Positions 46,051 to 54,678 of a stretch of DNA of 64,000 bases are shown piece after piece. The stretch comes from Phycisphaerae bacterium (GTDB taxonomy: Bacteria; Planctomycetota; Phycisphaerae; Phycisphaerales; UBA1924): assembly GCA_030432255.1 (NCBI GenBank), contig JAUIHS010000023.1, forward strand, positions 3,224-67,223, given 5' to 3'. Position 1 is the first letter of the stretch. The number at the start of each line of letters is the position of its first letter. A program made the position numbers and the translations under genes. Below the pieces are notes generated by a model, which was not told the DNA's origin, ran no database searches, and saw only the letters and a program-made list of their open reading frames with translations.

Positions 46051-47991
46051 ATGGCTGAGCTTGTTCCAATGCCCATCAGCGGGCTGATCGACCGCGTTTC
46101 ACGGGAACTCAGAGACAAGGATGCGGTCTTTGACCTGCCTGTCGACAAGGGGTTCCTCGGTTCTCCCGCCCATGACTTCAGTGTCTCCTTCCATGGCAGA
46201 AGGGCGTCGTCACCCCTCGGCCCTGCCGCGGGTCCGCACTCGCAGATGGCCCAGAACATCGCCCTGGCCTGGCTGGGTGGCTGCCGGATCATCGAACTCA
46301 AGACCGTTCAGATCATGGACGAACTGGAGATCCCGCGGCCCTGCATCGACATGCGCACCGTGGGATACAACGTCGAGTGGTCGCAGGAACTGAAACTGGA
46401 GCAGTCCGCCGAGGAGTACGTCAAGGGCGTGATGCTCGTTGAGGTGCTCAAGTCGCGGCTGCACGATCGGCTGGCGCCGGGCTTCACCGACACCATTTTC
46501 GATATGAGCGTGGGCTATGACCTCGAAGGGATCCGAAGCGCGCCGGTTCGTCGCTTCATTGACACGATGCTGGATTGCCGCTCGCTTGCCGCACGACTGC
46601 GAGACGAGATACCGCGCGAGTTCGGCGAGGTGCGTGACCTGCCAATCCCGGAGCAGATCTCATCGACCCTGACGCTCAGCACGTTCCATGGCTGTCCACC
46701 GGATGAGATCGAGCGGATCCTTGAGTTCCTGATGCGTGAGTACGGGCTTGATGTCATCGTGAAACTCAATCCGACACTGCTCGGGCCTGATGGTGTGGAT
46801 CACCTTCTGCACGATGTCATGGGGTACCGGAACGTGAGCGTGCCGCGGGACGCTTTCGAGAAGGACACCACATGGGACCAGGCGTGCGCCTTCACCGAGC
46901 GCTTGCGCGCACTGGCCGAGGAACTGGATGTCGGGTTCGGTGCGAAGTTCACCAACACATTGATCGTGACGCACGATGGCGACTATCTCCCGGGGAGCGA
47001 GGCGCAGAAGTACCTCTCCGGTGCGCCGCTGCACGTGCTGGCGATGAATCTGGTGGCACGTTTTCGAGATCGCTTCGGCCCCGACCTGCCGATTTCATTC
47101 TCGGCCGGGATCGATCGCCATAACTTCGCAGACGCCGTGGCGATGGGACTCTGTCCGGTCACGGTGTGCAGCGACCTGCTGCAGACCGGTGGATACGCTC
47201 GCCTGTCGACGTACTATCGCAATCTCATGCAGCAGATGGACGACGCCGGCGTCTCGTCTCTCGACGACTGGGTCTGTGCCCGGGCGGGAACGACCGAGAT
47301 GGCGGAAGCACGGATCATCAACACGCGGCGGCACGTCGCAGAGATCACCGAGGACCCGCGCTACCGGTACGACCAGAATCACACGCCGCCGAAGAAGGTC
47401 GGGACAACGCTCGAACTCTTCAACTGCCTGACCTGCGACAAGTGCATCCCTGTCTGTCCCAACAACGCGAACTTCGCGCTGCCCATCGACAAGGGATCCG
47501 AACCGACAGCGCGCTTCAATCGCGAGGGTGGACGCTGGGTCCTCGTTGCGGAGGAAACCATCGAACTGACGAAGAAGCACCAGATTGCGAACCTCGCCGA
47601 CTTCTGCAATGAGTGCGGCAACTGCGATGTCTTCTGTCCCGAGGATGGTGGACCGTACATCGAGAAACCCCGCTTCTTCGGGACGCTTTCCGAGTACGAA
47701 GCGTGGACCTCTCACGACGGGTTCTTCGTCGAGGAAGTTGAAGGCGCGGTGCACGTGTGTGCACGGATTGAGGGTGCTGCATTCACCGCGCACATCGACG
47801 GGCGCCAGGTTCGCTATGCGGGCGATGGCTTTGACGTGTCCTTCTCGCTGGATGATCCGGCAGCAACCATCACGGGCGACGCCCCGGAGGGTACCGAGGT
47901 GAACCTGGAACCCGCGGTCATCATGGACCTCATGCAGCGGGCCATCCGGGATGACTCCCGTATCAATCCCGTCAACGTCGCTCGTTCATGA
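46051..47991 (+). CDS. YgfK-like DHOD/DPD-fold plus 2x[4Fe-4S] protein lacking the flavin/NADPH reductase module
   Basis: Track ORF 45772..47991, which has a TTG start inside the pseudopilin gene. I trimmed it to ATG 46051 (46039 is also possible). Motifs: LGPAAGPHSQMAQNIALAWLGGCRIIELKTVQ, PCIDM...YNVEWSQEL, FDMSVGYDLEGI, LSTFHGCPPDEIE, VKLNPTLLG. Cys clusters are CLTCDKCIPVCPNNAN and FCNECGNCDVFCPEDGGPY. From memory, these are colinear with the N- and C-terminal parts of E. coli YgfK. Confidence 0.8.
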   Translation: MAELVPMPISGLIDRVSRELRDKDAVFDLPVDKGFLGSPAHDFSVSFHGRRASSPLGPAAGPHSQMAQNIALAWLGGCRIIELKTVQIMDELEIPRPCIDMRTVGYNVEWSQELKLEQSAEEYVKGVMLVEVLKSRLHDRLAPGFTDTIFDMSVGYDLEGIRSAPVRRFIDTMLDCRSLAARLRDEIPREFGEVRDLPIPEQISSTLTLSTFHGCPPDEIERILEFLMREYGLDVIVKLNPTLLGPDGVDHLLHDVMGYRNVSVPRDAFEKDTTWDQACAFTERLRALAEELDVGFGAKFTNTLIVTHDGDYLPGSEAQKYLSGAPLHVLAMNLVARFRDRFGPDLPISFSAGIDRHNFADAVAMGLCPVTVCSDLLQTGGYARLSTYYRNLMQQMDDAGVSSLDDWVCARAGTTEMAEARIINTRRHVAEITEDPRYRYDQNHTPPKKVGTTLELFNCLTCDKCIPVCPNNANFALPIDKGSEPTARFNREGGRWVLVAEETIELTKKHQIANLADFCNECGNCDVFCPEDGGPYIEKPRFFGTLSEYEAWTSHDGFFVEEVEGAVHVCARIEGAAFTAHIDGRQVRYAGDGFDVSFSLDDPAATITGDAPEGTEVNLEPAVIMDLMQRAIRDDSRINPVNVARS

Positions 47992-47999
47992 CTTCGCTG

Positions 48000-48671
48000 C
48001 TACAGCGCACGAACCGCGGCCAGCACCTCGTCGATGTCGGCACGCTTCGTGTAATCCCATTCAGCGAACGCCCAGCGGACGACGCCCTGTCGATCGATCA
48101 GGAACGTGGCGGGAGCGGGCAATTCCCAGCGACCTGAGGCGTTGAACAGGTCGACGTGGATGTCGTAACTGTTCTCGTACTTGGTCCGTGTCTCGTCATC
48201 CACCTTGAAGTGCACGCGAAACTTCCGCGATGCTTCGTGTGCCGTGTCGGAGTAGATGGAGTAAGAGGCATTTGCCTTAGCTGAAGTCGCCGCGACCTTC
48301 TCCGGGCTCTCCGGCGAGATGGCGATGAATCGGGCGCCTTCGGCGCGAACCTCGTCCATCCGGGTTTCCCACCCGGCGAGCGCCCTGTTGCAGTAGGGGC
48401 ACCAGCCGCCGCGATAGAAGGTCACAATGATCGGACCTTGGCGGTACAGCGAGGCGAGGCTGACGGTCGTGCCGTCGGCCGTGGTGATCGTGGCGTCAGG
48501 GGCGCGTTCCCCGATCTGCAGGCCGGGCGCAGTTGCTGCCTGCGCCTCCGGCACGCCGGTTGATGACGCACAGCCCGCGACGAGTGCGAGTGAACTTCCC
48601 GTCAGGAGGGCCGCAAGAGTCCAATTGAGGGTCCGGCCCGGGAGGCCACGATCGGTGCTTCGCTGCTTCAT
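48000..48671 (-). CDS. Lipoprotein peroxiredoxin / thiol-disulfide oxidoreductase (AhpC-TSA/redoxin fold)
   Basis: Track ORF 48000..49670, trimmed to ATG 48671 (MKQRSTDRG...). The lipobox is SLALVAGC. The redoxin signature is IVTFYRGGWCPYCNRAL. Confidence 0.85.
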   Translation of the reverse strand: MKQRSTDRGLPGRTLNWTLAALLTGSSLALVAGCASSTGVPEAQAATAPGLQIGERAPDATITTADGTTVSLASLYRQGPIIVTFYRGGWCPYCNRALAGWETRMDEVRAEGARFIAISPESPEKVAATSAKANASYSIYSDTAHEASRKFRVHFKVDDETRTKYENSYDIHVDLFNASGRWELPAPATFLIDRQGVVRWAFAEWDYTKRADIDEVLAAVRAL

Positions 48672-48845
48672 GCTCTCGTCAACATCCTCGGTTGGTGTCC
48701 TATTCCACGGGGAACCAAAAGAAGGTCGCGCTTCGGTCTGCCGGCATTCGCCCGTATAGTAGGGGCCTTGTGTGTCCATCGCGCGGCGGCCCTTCGGAGG
48801 GAGACCGAGACGTCCGCCCCGAACAGTTGATAGAGGAGTTACTCC

Positions 48846-50531
48846 ATGCGTCAGTCCATCGTGATGCTCAGTCTGTCCCTCGCAGGTGCCGTTTCGACCG
48901 CCAGCGGCCAGGGGTTGTCGTACAACTATTTCGGTGAGCAGATCCCCCTCGGGGTCGATGCCACCCGGATCGCCATCTTCGCACCCGACGGTGTTGATGC
49001 TGCGGAACGGGCGCTGAGCCGCCGCGGCGTGGACGTGAGCACTCGCGTTGCCAGTGCCATCGAGGGCTGGAGCACGTACGAGGTGCCGGCTGAGCGGCGC
49101 ACGGTTGAGGGAGCGACGTTTTTCGCCATGGATCTCGCGGCTGACGTCTCGTTCGTGTCGCCGGTCTTCATCGACCAGCGCACCATGCCGTTGATCATGA
49201 CGCCCGATCTGATCATCGGGTTTGATGAGACGCTTCCGGACGAGAAGGCGGAGGCGATCATTGAAGCGATGGCTCCGGGTCAGATTCTGGATGTCGACTT
49301 CGGTGGCCTCGACAACGTGTATCGCGTGCGCACGTCGCTGACACATGGGCTCGATGTGCTCGAGGTGACCCATGCGCTGGCGTCGAGGCCGGGCGTGAAG
49401 TTCGCCGAGTCCGACTTCATCGTGAAGGGCGAGAGTTTCTTCGTGCCGAACGACCCGCTGTTCATGGATCTCTGGGGCCTGGATCAGGCGAACGATCAGG
49501 ACATGGATGCGCCGGAGGCGTGGGACCTGGAGATGGGTGACAGTTCGGTGCAGGTGGTGATCCTGGACGTCGGCATGCAGCAGGGCCATCCCGATCTCAA
49601 TGACATCCCGGGCATGGACTTCAGCGGCAGCGTTGCTGGTGGCGGTCCCGCGAATGAGTGCGACAACCACGGTACGGCGGTGGCGGGCTGCGTTGCGGGT
49701 GTCATCAACAATGGCATCGGCATCAGCGGCATTGCGCCGGGGTGCATCGTGAAGTCGGGCAAGATCGGCACTTCGACGAGCTTCTTCGGCGCCTGCCTCG
49801 GCACCTTCGACTCCCAGCCTTCCATGCTCGTGAGTGCGCTGAACTGGTCCGTCTCAAGCGGCGCACGGGTGACCAACTCCAGCTTCGGCTATACCAACTC
49901 CGCATCGGTAACCAGCGCCTACGCCAACGCCCGCAACAACGGTGTGATCCACTTTGTTGCAACGGGCAACGGCGGCACGTCGAGCATCTCCTATCCGGCC
50001 AGCCTTCCGACAGTCGTCGCCGTCGGCGCCATGGCGGCAAGCGGCAACCGGGCAACATTCAGCCAGTACGGCGTGGGCCTCGATATCTCTGCCCCCGGCC
50101 AGCTCATCACCAGTACGGATCGCACGGGTTCCAATGGCTACCAGGCGGGTGACTATGTCGACGGCCTCGACGGCACTTCCTTTGCTTCGCCCTACGCCGC
50201 TGGTGTCGCGGCACTCGTCATCTCCGCCGATCCGTCACTCACCGTCGACGAAGTGGAGCAGATCCTCTACAGCACGGCGGTCGATCGAGGCGTCTCCGGC
50301 TATGACACGACCTTCGGCTGGGGCTTCATCAACGCGTACAACGCCCTGCTCGCGGTTGCTCCAGCGTGTCCCGGTGATGCCACGGGCGACGGCATGGTGA
50401 ACTTCGACGACCTGAACGTCGTGCTCACCAACTGGGGCACGGCCGGGCCGGATGGTGATCTTGATGACAGCGGGACGGTCGACTTCGACGACCTCAACGC
50501 CGTGCTGACCGCGTGGGATTCGGCCTGCTGA
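48846..50531 (+). CDS. Secreted subtilisin-like S8 serine protease with C-terminal dockerin-like module
   Basis: 561 aa with a signal peptide and a propeptide. Catalytic motifs: VVILDVG (Asp), DNHGTAVAGCVAG (His), GTSFASPYAAGVAALV (Ser). The protein ends CPGDATGDGMVNFDDLNVVLTNWG...[25 protein letters not shown]. Confidence 0.9.
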   Translation: MRQSIVMLSLSLAGAVSTASGQGLSYNYFGEQIPLGVDATRIAIFAPDGVDAAERALSRRGVDVSTRVASAIEGWSTYEVPAERRTVEGATFFAMDLAADVSFVSPVFIDQRTMPLIMTPDLIIGFDETLPDEKAEAIIEAMAPGQILDVDFGGLDNVYRVRTSLTHGLDVLEVTHALASRPGVKFAESDFIVKGESFFVPNDPLFMDLWGLDQANDQDMDAPEAWDLEMGDSSVQVVILDVGMQQGHPDLNDIPGMDFSGSVAGGGPANECDNHGTAVAGCVAGVINNGIGISGIAPGCIVKSGKIGTSTSFFGACLGTFDSQPSMLVSALNWSVSSGARVTNSSFGYTNSASVTSAYANARNNGVIHFVATGNGGTSSISYPASLPTVVAVGAMAASGNRATFSQYGVGLDISAPGQLITSTDRTGSNGYQAGDYVDGLDGTSFASPYAAGVAALVISADPSLTVDEVEQILYSTAVDRGVSGYDTTFGWGFINAYNALLAVAPACPGDATGDGMVNFDDLNVVLTNWGTAGPDGDLDDSGTVDFDDLNAVLTAWDSAC

Positions 50532-50560
50532 CGCGTTCCTTCAGATTCCCCGAATGACGC

Positions 50561-51220
50561 TCATCGGGTCACGGAATGCCAGACGTCGGCGATTCCGATG
50601 CCGCGGGTGTCAGCCTCAATCTGCCGCTCCATCTCCCCGAAGTCGTGGAGCGGTGGTGTGTGGACGAGGTTTGTCTCGGCATCCGTCGCGGCGACCAGTC
50701 CCAGGGACCCGTTGCCACTCACCGAGATCACCCAGCGTCCGGGCTCAAGTGCCCGGTAGACCGCCTTGCCGTGTGACGCGTTGGGCTGAGTCCAGTCGAT
50801 GCAGGCAATCTCAGGGTCGATGATGAGGCCCTGAGATGGGGGGGTGTCGGCGTCGAAAACGCGTCGGATCCACAGGCGACCCTCGAGGATCACGTAGTCG
50901 ACGTAGATCTCGCCGGAGGGGTCGAATGGTGTCTCCAGCCGCTGGATTTCGCCGGCGGCGTCCCGGATCCGCACATCGAGGCGGTCGTGCTCCACGATCA
51001 GTTCAGTGACGGCGGTGCGCCGAACGACATCGTTGTAGGTGTGTTGGAGGGCCGCGTAGTCGCTGGCGAGTGTTTCCAGTCGGTCCCGGTAGACCTCCGA
51101 GACCACCTCAGCCCGCAGGAGGCGATAGCCGAAGGTTGCGGCGAGTCCGGCGCACGTGAGCAGCCCGATCGAGGTCATGATTTGAAGAGGCCTGAACTGC
51201 ATCGGCACGTTCCCCACCAT
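50561..51220 (-). CDS. Membrane-anchored hypothetical protein
   Basis: 219 aa with one N-terminal TM helix (IMTSIGLLTCAGLAATFGY). The composition is coding-like. No recognised domain. Confidence 0.55.
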   Translation of the reverse strand: MVGNVPMQFRPLQIMTSIGLLTCAGLAATFGYRLLRAEVVSEVYRDRLETLASDYAALQHTYNDVVRRTAVTELIVEHDRLDVRIRDAAGEIQRLETPFDPSGEIYVDYVILEGRLWIRRVFDADTPPSQGLIIDPEIACIDWTQPNASHGKAVYRALEPGRWVISVSGNGSLGLVAATDAETNLVHTPPLHDFGEMERQIEADTRGIGIADVWHSVTR

Positions 51221-51401
51221 TCACCCTGCGGCTCCAGGTTGACACGTGACAACTCCGGGCCGTTCTTTATGGTTCGTCGGTTCTTTGGCGTCGATAGGTT
51301 GAAACCGGAGACCGTTCCGGAATGGGGCTGCACCCTTTCCGCATCGGTGACGTAGAATCATCTGGATTGTCCATGCACTTCCCGAACATCGGAGACCTGC
51401 G

Positions 51402-52964
51402 ATGATCGCCGACCGCCTGCCTGTTCCGTGTCTGATGGCCGCTGCCCTGCTCGCCCTGAGCGCGGGGACAGCACACGCCCAGTATGCGCTCGGTGACGGG
51501 ACGGCCCTCGACAACAACCTGCGCCAGGGCTCAGACGGTGTGAACCGGGCGGGAAGGAGTTTCAGCGAGAGCCTTCGCCTGCGGAATGCACTGGTCACCG
51601 GCAATGTCCCCGCAGGACTTTCGTTCCGGGGCGACGTCGGCTACCAGGCCTCCAACGACTTCCGGCGGATCACCAGCGAACTCGGCAGCGAGGATCTCGG
51701 CAGCGAGGACCTCTACATCAACCTCCGGGACTCCTACTCGTCGTTCCTCGCCGCGCGGGACGTTCGCGGCATCTACGGGCTTCAGCAGCAGTTCCGCTAT
51801 TCGGTTGGCGGACAGAGCGACGACCTGAGCGGATCGCTCATCGTCGACCGTCCCGGTGCTTCGCAGTCGTCGAACCAGTTGAACCCGGCGCTCGCACCCC
51901 AGTCGTATGACGTCTTCGGCAATCTCCGTGGCGCGCTTCGGTCGACCTCGGAATGGCAGATCCAGCACGCGGCCCGCCCGGAGGTGGTCCAGCACGTGCT
52001 GCGCGGTGGTGAGGAACTTGTCATCGCCGCCTCTCCATTGCAGGGCATCGCGACCCTGCCGACGGACAATCCGGCGTTTCGCCGGGGCATTGAGCGTGAT
52101 GTGACCGAGCGACGGCCGGGACAGGTCGATTCGGACCCCGTCGGCCAGGCGGTGGCGAATGAAGTGGTGTCGACGCATGTCGCTGTGCTCGAGTCCATTC
52201 GTCTTCGAGTCGAGTCGGACGCCGACCTGCGCGCACGCCTGATCGAGGCGCGGCAGCCCGCTGAAGGGGATGAGGATTCCACGGCAGAGCCGGAGACGGA
52301 CCCCGGCGCGAACTCGATCGATCAACTGCTTCAGGACCGCATGGTGGATGAACTCGAAGTCATCCGACGCCGTCTTATCGGGCAGGACATCGAGGGAGAC
52401 GAATCGAATACGGATGAGATCATGCGTCGGGCGGCGGAGTTGCTCGGCGGAGATCGCGAGACGATCGAGGAACTGCGACCGGACCTGACCGGAAGCGGCG
52501 TGTATGTGCATCACATGGAGGAGGGCTCAAAGGCGCTCCTGGCGGGGCGCTGGTTTGATGCCGAGGAGCGGTACACCGCCGCGCTTTCCGTCAAGCCGGG
52601 CGACGCCACGGCAGCCGTGGGGCGCGTGCACGCTCAGATTGGCGCCGGGATGTTCCTCTCCGCGTCGATCAACCTGCGTCATCTGTTCAAGGCGTATCCG
52701 GAGATGATCGGCGTGCGGTTCGATGCATCGTTGCTTCCTGCTGGTCAGCGACTGGAGCGTGTTCAGAGTCTGCTTCGCACTGCGGTGGTCAAGGATACGT
52801 CCGCGGGGCGCGATGCTGCATTGCTGCTTGCTTATCTCGGTCGCCAGTATCGCAATGCCGAGGATATGAACCTCGGGCTCAACCGTCTGCGTGAGATTCG
52901 CACCACGCTTGAGCTGGACCCAGACGCGCTCGAGACGCTGCTGCGCGAGACATGGACAGAGTGA
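51402..52964 (+). CDS. Secreted hypothetical protein with TPR-like C-terminal region
   Basis: 520 aa. Signal peptide LMAAALLALSAGTAHAQ. It contains the internal micro-duplication ELGSEDLGSEDL. A TPR-like segment reads WFDAEERYTAALSVKPGDATAAVGRVHAQIGAG. Confidence 0.6.
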   Translation: MIADRLPVPCLMAAALLALSAGTAHAQYALGDGTALDNNLRQGSDGVNRAGRSFSESLRLRNALVTGNVPAGLSFRGDVGYQASNDFRRITSELGSEDLGSEDLYINLRDSYSSFLAARDVRGIYGLQQQFRYSVGGQSDDLSGSLIVDRPGASQSSNQLNPALAPQSYDVFGNLRGALRSTSEWQIQHAARPEVVQHVLRGGEELVIAASPLQGIATLPTDNPAFRRGIERDVTERRPGQVDSDPVGQAVANEVVSTHVAVLESIRLRVESDADLRARLIEARQPAEGDEDSTAEPETDPGANSIDQLLQDRMVDELEVIRRRLIGQDIEGDESNTDEIMRRAAELLGGDRETIEELRPDLTGSGVYVHHMEEGSKALLAGRWFDAEERYTAALSVKPGDATAAVGRVHAQIGAGMFLSASINLRHLFKAYPEMIGVRFDASLLPAGQRLERVQSLLRTAVVKDTSAGRDAALLLAYLGRQYRNAEDMNLGLNRLREIRTTLELDPDALETLLRETWTE

Positions 52965-52977
52965 GTCACCCACACGC

Positions 52978-54663
52978 ATGGACGAGCGTCGCCTGACCAT
53001 CTCCGACTTCCTGACGGACGGTATCCTCGCGCGTCTATGCGATGCGGCATCCCACTTGTCCGGTGCGCGGATCACGCTGCATGACATCGATGGTCGCCGC
53101 ATCGTTCATACCGAAGATGAGCGTCGCTGGATGATCTGCGACCCGGCTCCGGCCGACGATGCGATACGCGATGCCATCGAGACTGCCGGTGAGTCGTCTC
53201 ACGTCCCGGGGACCAGCGGTTCGACACTGTTCATCCTTCGAGTGTACGACCTGCCCTCCGGCGCGATCCGGATCGAAGGCGATCCCGACGACGGTCGCTC
53301 GCTCGCGGAGGAGTTCGCCGCACTCCTGGCCGAGAAGGTCAGCCAGTTCTGCGATCGTGATGCGCGCCTTCAGGAGCGGCACGGTGAACTGGCGGTGCTC
53401 TTTCGATTGTCGTCTCTGCTGGTCGGGGCCCGGGGGATGGAGTCCATCCTGGGTACCGCACTGACGTCAGTCATCGATGTCCTGGGTATGGATGCGGGGG
53501 TGGTGCACCTGCTCGATGTGCGCACAGCAGAGTACGAGATTCCCGCCGTCTCCGGGTTCGGTGAGGACTTCATGGAGCGGGTCAAGGCGACGCCCGGGCT
53601 CCAGAAGTGGCTGCAGCGCGATATCAACGGCGGGGTCGAGACCGTGCGCCTGGGCGATGCGGGAACGGACGTGCTGGTCGCCGAAGGCATGATCACAGCC
53701 GTCTCAACGCTCCTGCGCTTCAAGGGACGGCAACTCGGAACGCTGCACCTCTTCACGCACCACGCGCGCGAGTTTGAACCCAACGAACTTGCCATGCTCC
53801 GGATCATCGGGGAGCAGGTCGCACTCGCCGTCAGCGGCGCCGAGATGGCGCGCGTCGAGCAGCAGCACCGGCAGGTGCAGCGACAGGTGCAACTCGCGGC
53901 CGCCGTGCAGCGGCGCATGCTGCCCAAGCGCATGCCGGAGGTGGAAGGCCTCGAGATGGCCGCACGCTACGAGAGTTGCTTCGACCTCGGCGGTGACCTG
54001 TACGACTTCCTGGAATTGGGTGACAGCCTCGGCTTCGTCGTGGGAGACGTCGTCGGCAAGGGGGTCCCCGCGGCTCTCCTGATGGCTTCCGTCAGGGCAA
54101 CGCTCAGGGCCCATGCCACTGACAGGTATCACCTCGACGACATCATGATGCTGGTCAACAGCGCACTGACCCGGGACACGCGCGACAACGAGTTTGCGAC
54201 GGTCTTCTACGGCGTCCTCGATCCCGGATCGCTCGTGCTGACCTACTGCAACGCAGGTCATGATCCGCCCATGATTCTTCGCCGTCCGCAGGAGGGTGGA
54301 AAGTGGCGCATCGAATCATTGCTGGTCAGCGGCCTGCCACTCGGGATCATCGGTGATGCAGAGTACGAGCGCATGCTGTGCCAGTTGCGCCCCGGTGACG
54401 TTGTGGTTGCGATGACCGATGGAGTCATGGATGCCATGAACTTCGATGATGAACGCTTCGGACGCCAGCGCATGCAGGATGCCCTGCTGGAGTATGTGAG
54501 TGCTTCGCCGAATGCCAGTGCACGAGCCATCGTCGATCATCTCATCTGGGAGATGCGCCGCTTCCGAGGTCTGCGTACCGAGTCGGACGATGCAACCGTC
54601 GTCGCGATCAGGGTGCTGAACTCCGGCCGCGCCCCACGAAACGTGACACGCGGAGCGTCATGA
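52978..54663 (+). CDS. Sensor PP2C (SpoIIE/RsbU-type) protein phosphatase with N-terminal sensor and GAF domains
   Basis: Track ORF 52891..54663, trimmed to ATG 52978. A GAF-like segment reads LTSVIDVLGMDAGVVHLLD...LGTLHLF. PP2C motifs: CFDLGGDLYDF, GDVVGKGVPAALLMA, FATVFYGVLD, YCNAGHDPP, AMTDGVMDA, DDATVVAIRV. Confidence 0.85.
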   Translation: MDERRLTISDFLTDGILARLCDAASHLSGARITLHDIDGRRIVHTEDERRWMICDPAPADDAIRDAIETAGESSHVPGTSGSTLFILRVYDLPSGAIRIEGDPDDGRSLAEEFAALLAEKVSQFCDRDARLQERHGELAVLFRLSSLLVGARGMESILGTALTSVIDVLGMDAGVVHLLDVRTAEYEIPAVSGFGEDFMERVKATPGLQKWLQRDINGGVETVRLGDAGTDVLVAEGMITAVSTLLRFKGRQLGTLHLFTHHAREFEPNELAMLRIIGEQVALAVSGAEMARVEQQHRQVQRQVQLAAAVQRRMLPKRMPEVEGLEMAARYESCFDLGGDLYDFLELGDSLGFVVGDVVGKGVPAALLMASVRATLRAHATDRYHLDDIMMLVNSALTRDTRDNEFATVFYGVLDPGSLVLTYCNAGHDPPMILRRPQEGGKWRIESLLVSGLPLGIIGDAEYERMLCQLRPGDVVVAMTDGVMDAMNFDDERFGRQRMQDALLEYVSASPNASARAIVDHLIWEMRRFRGLRTESDDATVVAIRVLNSGRAPRNVTRGAS

Positions 54664-54678
54664 GCAGCGGTCCGTCCG

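Noticed and set aside
48672-49670. An upstream extension of the peroxiredoxin ORF to 556 aa.
   Set aside because: The extension is antisense to the S8 protease gene and its composition is Arg/His-rich. The lipoprotein signal begins at the Met encoded at 48671.
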